Positions 10,801 through 22,554 are shown, counted from the first letter of the stretch. The stretch is DNA of 51,794 nt from Mustelus asterias (GCF_964213995.1 NW_027592528.1:1-51794); one strand, 5' to 3'. Notes: generated from the sequence alone by a model not told the origin. Numbers and translations: made by a program.

Positions 10801-13800
10801 CTCACTGTCCCCCCTTCTCTCTCTCACTCTCCCCCCTTCCCTCTCTCACTCTCCCCCCTTCTCTCTCTCTCACTGTCCCCCCCTTCTCTCTCTCTCTGTC
10901 CCCCCTTCTCTCTCTCACTGTCCCCCTTCTCTCTCTCTCTGTCCCCCTTCTCTCTCTCTCACTGTCCCCCCTTCTCTCTCTCTCTGTCCCCCTTCTCTCT
11001 CTCTCACTGTCCCCCCTTCTCTCTCTCTCTGTCCCCCTTCTCTCTCTCTCTGTCCCCCTTCTCTCTCTCTCACTGTCCCCCCTTCTCTCTCTCTCTGTCC
11101 CCCTTCTCTCTCTCTCACTGTCCCCCCTTCTCTCTCTCTCTGTCCCCCTTCTCTCTCTCTCACTGTCCCCCCTTCTCTCTCTCTCTGTCCCCCTTCTCTC
11201 TCTCTCTGTCCCCCTTGTCTCTCTCTCACTGTCCCCCCTTCTCTCTCTCTCTGTCCCCCTTCTCTCTCTCTCACTGTCCCCCCCCTTCCCTCTGTCACTG
11301 TCCCCCCCTTCCCTCTCTCACCGTCCCCCCTTCTCTCTCTCACTGTCCCCCCTTCTCTCTCTCTCACTGTCCCCCCTTCTCTCTCTCACTCTCCCCCCTT
11401 CTCTCTCACTCTCCCCCCTTCTCTCTCTCTCACTGTCCCCCCCTTCTCTCTCTCTCTGTCCCCCCCTTCTCTCTCTCACTGTCCCCCTTCTCTCTCTCTC
11501 TGTCCCCCTTCTCTCTCTCTCACTGTCCCCCCTTCTCTCTCTCTCTGTCCCCCTTCTCTCTCTCTCACTGTCCCCCCTTCTCTCTCTCTCTGTCCCCCTT
11601 CTCTCTCTCTCTGTCCCCCTTCTCTCTCTCTCACTGTCCCCCCTTCTCTCTCTCTCTGTCCCCCTTCTCTCTCTGTCCCCCTTCTCTCTCTCTCACTGTC
11701 CCCCCTCTCTCACTCTCACTGTCCCCCTTCTCTCTCTCACTGTCCGCCCTTCTCTCTCTCACTGTCCGTCCTTCTCTCTCTCACTGTCCCCCCTTCTCTC
11801 TCTCACTGTCCCCCCTTCTCTCTCTCACTGTCCCCCTTCTCTCTCTCACTGTCCCCCTTCTCTCTCTCACTGTCCCCCCTTCTCTCTCTCACTGTCCCCC
11901 TTCTCTCTCTCTGTCCCCCCTTCTCTCTCACACTGTCCCCCATTCTCTCTCTCTCACTGTCCCCCCCTTCTCTCTCTAACTGTCCCCCTTCTCTCACTGT
12001 TCCCCCTTCTCTCTCTAACTGTCCCCCCTTCTCTCTCTCACTGTCCCCCCTTCTCTCTCTCACTGTCCCCCCTTCTCTCTCTCTCACTGTCCCCCCTTCT
12101 CTCTCTCTCACTGTCCCCCCTTCTCTCTCTCTCACTGTCCCCCCTTCTCTCTCTCACTGTCCCCCCTTCTCTCTCTCACTGTCCCCCCTTCTCTCTCTCA
12201 TTGTCCCCCCTTCGCTCTCTCACTGTCCCACTGTCCCTTCTCTCTCTCACTGTCCCCCCCTTCTCTCTCTCTCTGTCCCCCTTCTCTCTCTCACTGTCCC
12301 CCCTTCCCTCTCTCACTGTCCCCCCTTCTCTCTCTCACTGTCCCTCCCTCTCTCTCTCTCTGTCCCCCTTCTCTCTCTCACTGTCCCCCTTCTCTCTCTC
12401 TCACTGTCCCCCCTTCTCTCTCTCTCACTGTCCCCCCTTCTCTCTCTCTCACTGTCCCCCCTTCTCTCCCTCTCACTGTCCCCCCTTCTCTCTCTCACTG
12501 TCCCCCCTTCTCTCTCTCACTGTCCCCCCTTCTCTCTCTCACTGTCCCCCTTCCCTCTCTCTCTCTGTCCCCCTTCCCTCTCTCTCACTGTCCCCCCCTT
12601 CTCTCTCTCACTGTCCCCCCCTTCTCTCTGTCTCTCTGTCCCCCCCTTCTCTCTCTCCCTGGCCCCCTTCTCTCTCTCTCACTGTCCCCCCTTCTCTCTC
12701 TCACTGTCCCCCCTTCTCTCTCTCTCACTGTCCCCCCTTCTCTCTCTCACTCTCCCCCCTTCTCTCTCACTCTCCCCCCTTCTCTCTCTCTCACTGTCCC
12801 CCCCTTCTCTCTCTCTCTGTCCCCCCCTTCTCTCTCTCACTGTCCCCCTTCTCTCTCTCTCTGTCCCCCTTCTCTCTCTCTCACTGTCCCCCCTTCTCTC
12901 TCTCTCTGTCCCCCTTCTCTCTCTCTCACTGTCCCCCCTTCTCTCTCTCTCTGTCCCCCTTCTCTCTCTCTCTGTCCCCCTTCTCTCTCTCTCACTGTCC
13001 CCCCTTCTCTCTCTCTCTGTCCCCCTTCTCTCTCTGTCCCCCTTCTCTCTCTCTCACTGTCCCCCCTCTCTCACTCTCACTGTCCCCCTTCTCTCTCTCA
13101 CTGTCCGCCCTTCTCTCTCTCACTGTCCGTCCTTCTCTCTCTCACTGTCCCCCCTTCTCTCTCTCACTGTCCCCCCTTCTCTCTCTCACTGTCCCCCCTT
13201 CTCTCTCTCACTGTCCCCCTTCTCTCTCTCACTGTCCCCCCTTCTCTCTCTCACTGTCCCCCTTCTCTCTCTCTGTCCCCCCTTCTCTCTCACACTGTCC
13301 CCCATTCTCTCTCTCTCACTGTCCCCCCTTCTCTCTCTAACTGTCCCCCTTCTCTCACTGTTCCCCCTTCTCTCTCTAACTGTCCCCCCTTCTCTCTCTC
13401 ACTGTCCCCCCTTCTCTCTCTCACTGTCCCCCCTTCTCTCTCTCACTGTCCCCCTTCTCTCTCTCTGTCCCCCCTTCTCTCTCACTGTCCCCCTTCTCTC
13501 TCTCTGTCCCCCCTTCTCTCTCACACTGTCCCCCATTCTCTCTCTCTCACTGTCCCCCCTTCTCTCTCTCACTGTCCCCCCTTCTCTCTCTCACTGTTCC
13601 CTCCTTCTCTCTCTCACTGTTCCCCTTCTCTCTCTCTCTCTGTCCCCCCTTCTCTCTCTCTCACTGTCACCCCTTCTCTCTCTCTCACTGTCACCACTTC
13701 TCTCTCTCTCTCTGTCCCCCCTTCTCTCTCTCTCACTGTCTCCCCTTCTCTCTCTCACTGTCCCCCTTCTCTCTCTCACTGTCCCCCCTTCTCTCTCTCT

Positions 13801-13900
13801 CACTGTCCCCCCTTCTCTCTCACTGTTCCCCCCACCTCTCTCTCACTTTCTTCCCCCTCTCTCGCTCTCTGTCTCTCGCTGGCCCCTCTCTCTCGCTAGC
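4810..13900 (+). repeat. ~9 kb pyrimidine-rich satellite, ~20-24 bp unit (CACTGTCCCCCCTTCTCTCTCT)n, with three internal N gaps
   Basis: Directly visible; hundreds of copies with variable C-run and CT-run lengths. Confidence 0.97.
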
Positions 13901-14654
13901 CCCCTCTCTCTCTCGCGGAGGGAAGGGAGGGTGTGAGGACTGTGCCTGATATTTTATCCCTCAGAGCACTAGAAAAAAAAACATTCACTGTTCATTCGTC
14001 AAGCACGACTTGTGGGATCTTTCTGTGTTAAAATTGGCGGCCCTAGCATCTGTGACTGCTCTCAGAAAATGTACCGTGGCTGTGGGGATGCTTTGATGCT
14101 GGCTGTGGGGGTGAGAGATACGACAGGAAAGCATTCAATGTTACCTTTAGGCGTGCCAAGGATCCAGATCATAAGCTGGAACAGTGGAAGGCCATTCAGC
14201 CCTTTTGAGCCTACTTTCCCCCTCCCTCCCTCCCCAGTTAATAATGGCTAATCTGACCTTGGGCCTCAGCTCCACTTTCCTGCCCGTCTCCCCCCTCCCT
14301 CCCCCTGTCGATGGGGAATCTCTCTAACTCGGGCCTTGGATATATTCAGTGTCCTGCAGCCTCCACTGCTCCTCTGGGGGAGAGAATCCCACAGACCCAC
14401 CCCCCCTCTGAGAGAAGGAATTCCCTCCTCATCTCCATCTGCAATGGAAGGGGGAAAGAGACCCCCCAGTTTTCAAACCATGACCCCTCTCATTCTAGAT
14501 TTCCCCCGTGAGGGGAAACATCCTCTCAGCCGCCACCCTCTCAAACTCCTCCCCCACTCCCACCCCCCACTCAGAATCATATATGTTTCAATAATATCAT
14601 CTGTCATCCTTTCGAAACTCCAATAGGTATCGCCCCCTGCCCCAAACCTCTGTT

Positions 14655-15009
14655 CATTCATTCCTGGGACATGGGCGTCGCTGGCTGGGCCCAGCATTTA
14701 TTGCCCATCCCTAGTTGCCCCTTGGAGGGCAGTTGAGAGTCAACCACATTGCTGTGTGGCTCTGGAGTCACACCCAGACCGGGTAAGGACGGCAGATTTC
14801 CTGCCCTCAAGGACATTAGTGAACCAGATGGGTTTTTCCGACAATGGTTTCACCGTCATCAGTAGATTCTTAATTCTAGATATTTTTTTTATTGAATTCA
14901 AATTCCACCAACTGCCGTGGGCGGGATTCGAACCCGGGTCCCCCCAGAACATTAGCTGAGTTTCTGGATTAATAGTCTGGCGATAATACCACCAGGCCAT
15001 CGCCTCCCC
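14655..15009 (-). mobile_element. tRNA-derived SINE, second family
   Basis: Minus strand begins GGGAGGCGATGGCCTGGTGG...GGGTTCGAATCCC (A and B boxes); its 3' body recurs at ~22420-22555. Confidence 0.7.
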
Positions 15010-15039
15010 AAACCGGTTCAACCCTTCCTCATAATCCTG

Positions 15040-15425
15040 TGAACAGTTCTGCTCCCCTTATCTGAGGAAAGATAACACCGGCACTGGAGGCAGTCCAGAG
15101 AAGGTTCACTCGGTCGATCCCGGATTCAGAGGGATTTTCTTATGAGGAGAGGTTGGGTCTGTAACTCATTTGCAGTTGAGAAGGATGAGAGGCGACCTTA
15201 TTGAGACATATCAGATATTCAGGGGCGGGGGGGGGGGGGGGGGGAGGTGTTGTGGTTTGACAGGGTTAGATGCTGAGAGTTGTTCCCCCTTGTGGGAGAG
15301 TCTAGGACCAGAGAGTGTAAACTCAGAGTGAGGCAGGGTGGAGGGAGTCAGAGACGAGGAGGAATTTCTACTGAGGGTAGTGTGTGTGTGGAATTCTTCA
15401 CCGCAAAGGGGTGTGTAGAGGCTGG
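15040..15425 (+). mobile_element. Degenerate CR1 LINE 3' fragment (continues ~16020-16175)
   Basis: Similar to the QRRFTR...RGDLIE...GESRTRG region of the intact CR1 copy. Confidence 0.7.
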
Positions 15426-15426
15426 G

Positions 15427-15966
15427 TCATAGAATCCCTACAGTACAGAAAGAGGCCATTCGGCCCATCGAGTCTGCACCGACCACAATCCCACCCAGGC
15501 CCTACCCCCATATCCCTACATATTTACCCACTAATCCCTCTAACCTACACATCTCAGGACTCTAAGGGGCAATTTTAGCATGGCCAATCAACCTAACCCG
15601 CACATCTTTGGACTGTGGGAGGAAACCGGAGCACCCGGAGGAAACCCACGCAGACACGAAGAGAATGTGCAAACTCCACACAGACAGTGACCCGAGCCGG
15701 GAATCGAACCCGGGACCCTGGAGCTGTGAACCCCATAACCCCATGCATTTACCCTAGCTAGTTCCCCTGACAGGGGCAATTTGCATGGCCAATCCACCCA
15801 ACCTGCACGTCTCTCAGACTGTGGGAGGAAACCGGAGCACCCGGAGGAAACCCCCGCAGACACGGGGAGAATGTGCAAACTCCACACAGACAGTGACCCC
15901 GAGCCGGGAATCGAACCCGGGTCCCTGGCGCTGTGAGGCAGCAGTGCTCACCACTGTGCCACCGTG
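15427..15966 (-). mobile_element. Two tandem HE1-like SINEs
   Basis: Reverse complement of the SINE consensus twice, including the CATAGAATCCCTACAG tail. Confidence 0.88.
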
Positions 15967-16553
15967 CTCCAAGGTGTGAGGTAGGGGAGCAAGGGAGGGA
16001 GATTCCAGATTTTTCCGCCCTATGTTAGGTATGTTCGAGGCTGAGACAGACAGATTTTTAACCGGGGAGGGAATCGAGGGTCACGGGGAATAAAGCGGGA
16101 GTTGAGGATTCTCACATCAGATCAGTCATTGAATGGGCAGGACAGACTTGATGGGCCAAATGGCCTACTTCTGCTGCTGGTCGTGTCGGGCGAACCCCCA
16201 GGAATGAACCTAGTGAACCTCCGAACGGTCTCCAATGCAAGCAGGTGCCTGAATACCACTGCCTTCCCGAAGGGCAATTAAGGATGGGCGTTAGACGCTG
16301 GAATGGCCAGCGGCGCTCACAGTCCCAATGCCCCGTTCTTAAGCATTGAGGCCGCGAGACTTCCTGTTCCAACGGGGCTGCGTTTACAGCTGAACTCCGG
16401 GGGAAGATTATGATGGAGACGCTGAATGAATGGAAGCCGTGCGCAGCTTATCGTTGACCCCCCCGTCAACCCAACCCAAGATGGCCGCCTGAAGGTTCCG
16501 CTGCTGCCTGCACCAGGAAAGACGATTCGAGTCGTGAGCTGGGTGTCGAGGTA

Positions 16554-16559
16554 TTTATT
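16554..16559 (-). terminator. Candidate poly(A) signal AATAAA for the Ig light-chain C exon
   Basis: First minus-strand AATAAA downstream of the C stop codon, with TGTA about 45 nt upstream on the minus strand. Confidence 0.5.
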
Positions 16560-18027
16560 CATGATGCACACAAAAGACACGCATGCGAGTAAAGGCACAT
16601 TGTTACAGGGCAGCCGCCCCAAGGAACTTTCCACCTGAGAACAACCGGCTGACGGAACAACTGACCGCGGTTCTGAAGTGAAGCGTCAGCTCCTGGTGGG
16701 ATGGGATGGTGGGGAAGGGGGGCGACATCCGGGGCGGAGGGAGGGGGCAGGGAAGGAGTGGGGGTGGGGGAACATCCTCGTGAACCTGCTCCTGGCTAAA
16801 CTTGCCCTCAACAGGTCCGGGAAGCGAGAGGAGGAGGGGGTCTGGGATTGTCCAACACGACTGTCTGCCCCCTCCACCATGGCTAAATTCACAGCCGGGT
16901 GTGGCTGGAGAGGGAGCGTGCGCTGTCCGCAGGCACCTCCCCTGAGGCTTTCCGTACTTCCCTGGGCACCGCCGGGACTGGAGTGCATTATTGACCCCTC
17001 TGCTCACATCTGGCTCCCAAACCGCGCCCCCTCCCTCGCCCCAGCACCTGGGGGCGGCTATCGGGACATCGCACCCTGGGGAGAGGGGGAGACAGACCCC
17101 CGAGAGGGGAGGCTGTGTAGATCCCCTGGGAGGTTACCCCAGAGCTCCGAGGGTTTAAATTGCCAAGAGGGGTCTCGCACACGCCAACGCGTTTCGAAGA
17201 TGCAGGGGTCGATTTGATGAAAGTTTTCAAAATATTAAGGGGGGAGAGTTAGGTGGGGGGGAACTGGGTGAAGGGGAGGGAGTCTCCAGAAAGAATAGGC
17301 TTCTCCGGAGTGGGAAACCAAGGCAGTGTGTGGCTGGAGATCGGGACAAAAAGCAAGAAAACGTCGGAAAAACCCCGAGCAGGTCAGCTGGGGAGAGAGA
17401 GAAACAGATCGCATCTCGAGTCCCCGTGACTCTTCCCCAGAGCGTTTGTGAAGGGCACAGAGAGGATGGGAGAGGGTTTGGGACTCCTGCCCCTCGAGGG
17501 GGCAATCGATGCTCGCTCGAGCCCTCTTGTTAATTTTCAATCTCAGGTCGACGGGCTCCGATCGCAGATCGGCCATCATCTGGTTGGGAATGGCGGGGCA
17601 GTCTCAAGGGGCTGAATGGTCTCCTCATGTTCCTGTGTTTGCGGGGGGGGAGGTGAGGGGTGGGGTGTGGGGAATTGATTCCTCACCCAGTGGTTGGGTT
17701 GGCGATCGATGTGTTCTGTTACCGTCGTACGGGCAGCGTGGTTGGAGGGCGAACCAGCCCATGCAAAGAACCTCCCAGGGATGTCCATTATCCACCCAAG
17801 GTCACCAGAAGGGTCAGAGGTTAAAGATCAGCAGCCGACAAATGAATAAAGCCAAACCCCCACCCTCCTTCTCGGGGTCAGTTGGGATTCTCTGTGTCGA
17901 TCGGTCAATGTTCTGCAAGGCGTTCCTCAGGGCATTGTTGGGGAAGGGGTGAGGGGTGTCTTTCCACTACTTAAAGCGAGGGAGAGACTTTGGTGAGGGG
18001 GGGGGGGTGGGGGTCTAAGGGTCAGGG

Positions 18028-18353
18028 TTAGCAGGCCGCGCTGCTCAGGCTCCTCTCGATGGGCTGGGCCTGTGTCTGGTGCCGGACCTGGCAGGAGTAA
18101 CGCCGCCCTCCCTGCCAGTTGCTGACGGGCAGGCGCAGATAGCTGGCCACCCGGTGGGTGCCCCCGGCCTCCAGCGTGACCGGGCTCAGGCTGGTGCCGG
18201 CGCTGACCTCGGCGCCATCCGCGCTCCACTGCACGTCCACGAAGCCCGGCTTAAAACCGCTCACCAGGCAGCTGAGGGTGGCCGTGTCAGAGCTGGACAG
18301 CTCCTCTGCCGAGGGGGGGAAGATGGAGACCGATGGCGGGAGAGCCGCATTGC
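18028..18353 (-). CDS. Immunoglobulin light-chain constant (C1-set) exon, intact; isotype uncertain (sigma/sigma-2/lambda-like)
   Basis: Pyrimidine tract plus CCAACAG acceptor ending at 18354, phase 1; (G)NAALPPSVSIFPPSAEELSSSDTATLSCLVSGFKPGFVDVQWSADG...SYLRLPVSNWQGGRRYSCQVRHQ...SSAAC* has the C1-set Cys, Trp and YxCxVxH motifs and a terminal Cys typical of light chains. Confidence 0.93.
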
Positions 18354-18387
18354 CTGTTGGGGGAGGAGAGGGAAAGGGGGGGACAGT

Positions 18388-18690
18388 TAGAGAACAATTG
18401 CACAACAAGATTAACCACAACATCCACAAACCCCCCCCTTCAACCTCCCCACATCTAAGATTCCTTATAATCCCCTCCCCAAAGCATTTGTGACCCCTTC
18501 CTAATTTCCCCTTGAGAAGGGGTGGGTTGCAGCAGGAGGGAAAAGAGGACAGCTAGAGAGCAATTGCACAAGAAGATTAACCATGTCATCCACAAACCCC
18601 CTCCTCCAATCCCCCCTTCTCAGATTCTCATATAATGCCCTCCCCAAAGCATTTGTAACCCACCCATAATTGCCCCTTGAGAAGGTGGTG
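18388..18690. repeat. Local tandem duplication of ~165 bp in the intron next to the C exon
   Basis: CAATTGCACAA.AAGATTAACCA...CCCCAAAGCATTTGT...CCCCTTGAGAAGG occurs at ~18395 and again at ~18561. Confidence 0.8.
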
Positions 18691-18889
18691 GGCAGCTTGA
18701 TCATGGTGGCAGGGATGTGGCATTTTATCTCAGGGTTGGGGGGGAGTATGATGGAATGGGAGGGGCTGTTTGAGTGGGGAGTGGGGCAGGTGCAATGTCG
18801 GGAGGCAAAGGGGCAATTAGGAAGTGGTGAATTTGGGCGGGGAGGACGTGGGTAGGGGTTAGGATGCTTTGGGTGAATGATGGGCTTTT

Positions 18890-19495
18890 TTTATCAATCG
18901 AGGGATTGAGTTTAGGAGTCCGGGGATAATGATGCAGCTATATAAGACCCTTGTCAGACCCCACTTGGAGTACTGTGCTCAGTTCTGGTTGCCTCATTAC
19001 AGGAAGGATGTGGAAAAGATTGAAAGGGTGCAGAGGAGATTTACAAGGATGTTGCCTGGATTGAGTGGCATGCCTTATGAGGATAGGCTGAGGGAGCTCA
19101 GTCTTTTCTCCTTGGAGAGATGTAGGATGAGAGGAGACCTAATAGAGGTATATGAGATGTTGAGAGGCATAGATCGGGTGGACTCTCAGAGGCTTTTTCC
19201 CAGGGTGGAAATGTCTGCTACGAGAGGACACAGGTTTAAGGTGCTGGGGGGTAGGTACAGGGGAGATGTTAGGGGGAAGTTTTTCACACAGAGGGTGGTG
19301 GGCGAGTGGAATCGGCTGCCGTCAGTGGTGGTGGAGGCAAACTCAATCGGGTCTTTTCAGAGGCTCCTGGATGAGTACATGGAGCGTAATAGGATGGAGG
19401 GTTATAGGTAGGTCTAGAAGGTAGGGATGTGTTCGGCACAACTTGTGGGGCCGAAGGGCCTGTTTCGTGCTGTAGTTTTTCTATGTTTCTATGTT
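18890..19495 (+). mobile_element. CR1 LINE 3' fragment
   Basis: ORF LYKTLVRPHLEYCAQFW...QRRFTRMLPG...RGDLIEVY...FFTQRVV; CR1 3' UTR. Confidence 0.92.
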
Positions 19496-19626
19496 TATTC
19501 CTTACAGAGTTTAATTTAGATAAATATGAGATGATGCATTTTGGTAGATTGAACCAGGGCAGGACTTACTCAGTTAATGGTAGGGCGTTGGGGAGAGTTA
19601 CAGAACAAAGAGATCTAGGGGATCTA

Positions 19627-20175
19627 GGGCGGCACGGTAGCGCAGTGGTTAGCACTGCTGCTTCACAGCTCCAGGGACCTGGGTTCGATTCCTGGCTTGG
19701 GTCACTGTCTGTGTGGAGTTTGCACATTCTCCTCGTGTCTGCGTGGGTTTCCTCCGGATGCTCCGGTTTCCTCCCACAGTCCAAAGATGTGCGGGTTAAG
19801 TTGATTGGCCATGCTAAAATTGCCCCTTAGTGTCCCGGGATGTGTAGGTTAGAGGGATTAGTGGGTAAATATGTAGGGATATGGGGGTAGGGCCTGGGTG
19901 GGATTGTGGTCGGTGCAGACTCGATGGGCCGAATGGCCTCTTTCTGTACTGTAGGGTTTCTATGATTTCTATGATAGAATCTCTACAGTGCAGAAGGAGA
20001 CCATTCGACCCATCGAGTCTGCACCGACCACAATCACACCCAGGCCCTGTTGCCATAACACCACACATTTACCCTTGCTAATCCCCCTGACACTAAGGGA
20101 CAATTTAACCTGGCCAATCCACCTAACCCGCACATCTTTGGACTGTGGGAGGAAACCGGAGCACCCGGAGGAAAC
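19627..20175. mobile_element. Full HE1-like SINE (+, 19627-19973) abutting a partial SINE in the opposite orientation (-, 19974-20175)
   Basis: Head GGGCGGCACGGTAGCGCAGTGGTTAGC, tail TTTCTATGATTTCTATG, followed immediately by the reverse-complement tail. Confidence 0.88.
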
Positions 20176-20189
20176 CATAAAAGAAATCT

Positions 20190-20815
20190 CAAAGTATAAA
20201 GAACAAAGAAAATTACAGCACAGGAACAGGCCCTTCGGCCCCTCCAAACCTGCACCGACCATGCTGCCCGACTGAACTAAAACCCCCTACCCATCTGGGG
20301 ACCATATCCCTCTATTCCCATCCTATTCATGTACTTGTCAAGACGCCGCTTAAAAGTCACTACCGTATCCGCTTCCACTACCTCCCCCGGCAACGAGTTC
20401 CAGGCACCCACTGCTCTCTGTGTAAAAATCTGCCTCGTACATCTCCTTTAAACCTTGCCCCTCACACCTTAAACCTGTGCCCCCTAGTAATTGACTCTTT
20501 CACCCTGGGAAAAAGCTTCTGACTATCCACTCTGTCCATGCCCCTCATAATCTTGTAGACTTCTACCAGGTCGCCCCCCTCAACCTCCGTCGCTCCAGTG
20601 AGAACAAACCAAGTTTCTCCAACCTCTCCTCATAGCTAAGGCCCTCCATACCAGGCAACATCCTGGTAAATCTTTTCTGTACCCTCTCCAAAGCCTCCAC
20701 ATCCTTCTGGTAGTGTGGCGACCAGAATTGAACACTATATTCCACGTGCGGCCCAACTAAGGTTCTGTAAAGCGTCAACATGACTTGCCAATTTTTAAAC
20801 TCAATACCCCGGCCT
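20190..20815 (-). mobile_element. CR1 LINE 3' fragment
   Basis: Minus-strand ORF GRGIEFK...LYRTLVGPHVEYSVQFWSPH. Confidence 0.9.
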
Positions 20816-20829
20816 GCGTACCTGTACAC

Positions 20830-21460
20830 TAATTGTCACATGTATTGGGATACAGTAAAAAGTATTGTTTCTTGCCTGCTATACAGACAAAACATACCAT
20901 TCATAGAGTACATAGGGGAGAAGGAGAGGGTGCAGAATGTTGTGTTACAGCTAGGGTGTAGAAAAAGATCAACTAATATCAGGTAGGTCCATTCAAAAGT
21001 CTGATGGCAGCAGAGAAGAAATTGTCCTTGAGTCAGTTGGTACGTGACCTCAGACTTTTGTATCTTTTTCCCGACAGAAGAAGGTGGAAGAGAGAATGTC
21101 CGGGGTGTGGGGGGTCCTTGATGATGCCGGCTGCTTTTCTGAGGCAGCGGGAGTGTGGACAGAGTCAATGGATGGGAGGCTGGTTTGAGTGATGGACTGG
21201 GCTTCGTTCACGACCCTTTGTAGTTCCTTGCGGTTTTGGGCAGAGCAGGAGCCACACCAAGCTGTGATACAACCAGAAAGAATGCTTTCTGTGGTGCATC
21301 CATAAAAGTTGGTGAGAGTCGTAGCGGGGGTACCAAATTTCCTTAAGTTCCTGAGAAAATAGAGGCGTTGGTGGGGCTTTCTTAACTATAGTGTCGGCGT
21401 GGGGGGGACCAAGACAGGTTGTTGCTGATCTGGACACCTAGAAAGTTGAAGTTCTTGACC
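20830..21460 (-). mobile_element. Rex1/Babar-like LINE 3' fragment
   Basis: Near-identical to 431-995. Confidence 0.82.
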
Positions 21461-21624
21461 ATCTAGTAGTAATGCCCTCCGCACTCTCTGGGCACCGCGG
21501 GGACTGGGGTGCCTTACCGACCCCCTCAATCATGTTTCGCTTCGCTGTCTTCAAGTTTCATTGTGTCATTTGTTGTTGGCTGACCCTTTAATTTGTCCCA
21601 CGGTTTTCGTTGGTTATTTCTTGG

Positions 21625-21920
21625 CGACACGGTGGTGCAGTGGGGTTAGCATTGCTGCCTCACAGCGCCAGGGACCGGGATTCAATTCCCGGCTTGGGTC
21701 ACTGTCTGAGCGGAGTCTGCACGTTCTCCCCGTGTCTTCGTGGGTTTCCTCCAGATGCTGGAGTTTCCTCCCACAGTCCAAAAGATGTACCGGTTAGGGT
21801 ACATTGGCCGTGCTAGCTTCTCCCTCAGTGTAACCTGAACAGGCGCTGGAGTGTGGCGACTGGGGGATTTTCACAGTAACTTCATTGCGGTGTTAGTGTA
21901 AGCTCACTAATAAACAAACT
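21625..21920 (+). mobile_element. V-SINE with HE1-like head and an alternative 3' tail (tail recurs at ~27300-27430)
   Basis: Same head and core, then CCCTCAGTGTA...CAGTAACTTCATTGCGGTGTTA...AATAAAC. Confidence 0.75.
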
Positions 21921-22554
21921 TTTAGTTGACCTCCCACACAACGGGGCATTGCTACTTGGCCAGATAACCCAGGGTAACGCTCAGGGGATAGAGGCTCAGA
22001 AATAATTTGGGAAGGCAAGTGGTGTGGATGGCACATAGAGTCCACACCAGAGTAGACAGGCTAGGTGAGTGGACAAAATACTCGGCAGATGGAATGTAAC
22101 ATTGGAAAATGTGAAGTTGTGCACTTTGGGAGGAAGAATAAAGGAGCTGAAAATAATTTAATTGGAGAAAGACTGCAGAAAGCACAGCGGGGATTTGGGG
22201 ATGCTTGTGTATAAACCCAAAGATGTGTGGGTTAGGTTGATTGGCCGTGCGAAATTGTCCCTTGGAGTCGGGGGATTAGTGGGATAATATGTGGGGTTGG
22301 GGGAGTGGGACCTGGGTGGGATTGTGATCGGCGCGGACTCAATGGGCCGAATGGCCTCTTTCTGCACTGTAGGGATTCTATGAAATCAAAAAAGGGCAGC
22401 ACGCAAGTTCAGCAGGTCATAGTTTATTTATTTTTATTCATTTTACAGGACATGGGTGTCGCTGGCTGGGCCCAGCATTTATTACCCATCCCTAGTTGCC
22501 CCTTGGAGGGCAGTTGAGAATCAACCACATTGCTGTGTGGCTCTGGAGTCACAT

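Noticed and set aside
4980-13800. RSS heptamers or a class-switch region in the satellite
   Set aside because: The unit reads GACAGTG on the minus strand, mostly lacking the essential CAC; there are no nonamers or AGCT motifs, and light chains do not switch.
2388-13936. Very long ORFs (up to 2433 aa) of Pro/Ser/Leu or Gly/Glu/Arg
   Set aside because: Translations of stop-free simple repeats, open in several frames and crossing N gaps.
17845-17850. AATAAA close to the C stop codon
   Set aside because: On the + strand, the wrong orientation for the Ig transcript.
18354-18429. Apparent signal peptide MWMLWLILLCNCSLT in frame with the C domain
   Set aside because: It overlaps the branch/pyrimidine tract and AG acceptor, so it is most simply intron. 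It is not formally excluded without 5' RACE.
21510-21560. Minus-strand phase-1 donor (ATG ATT GAG GGG GTC G/GTAAGG) as a J or leader for the C exon
   Set aside because: No FGxG motif, no RSS, not hydrophobic, and an in-frame stop lies shortly upstream.
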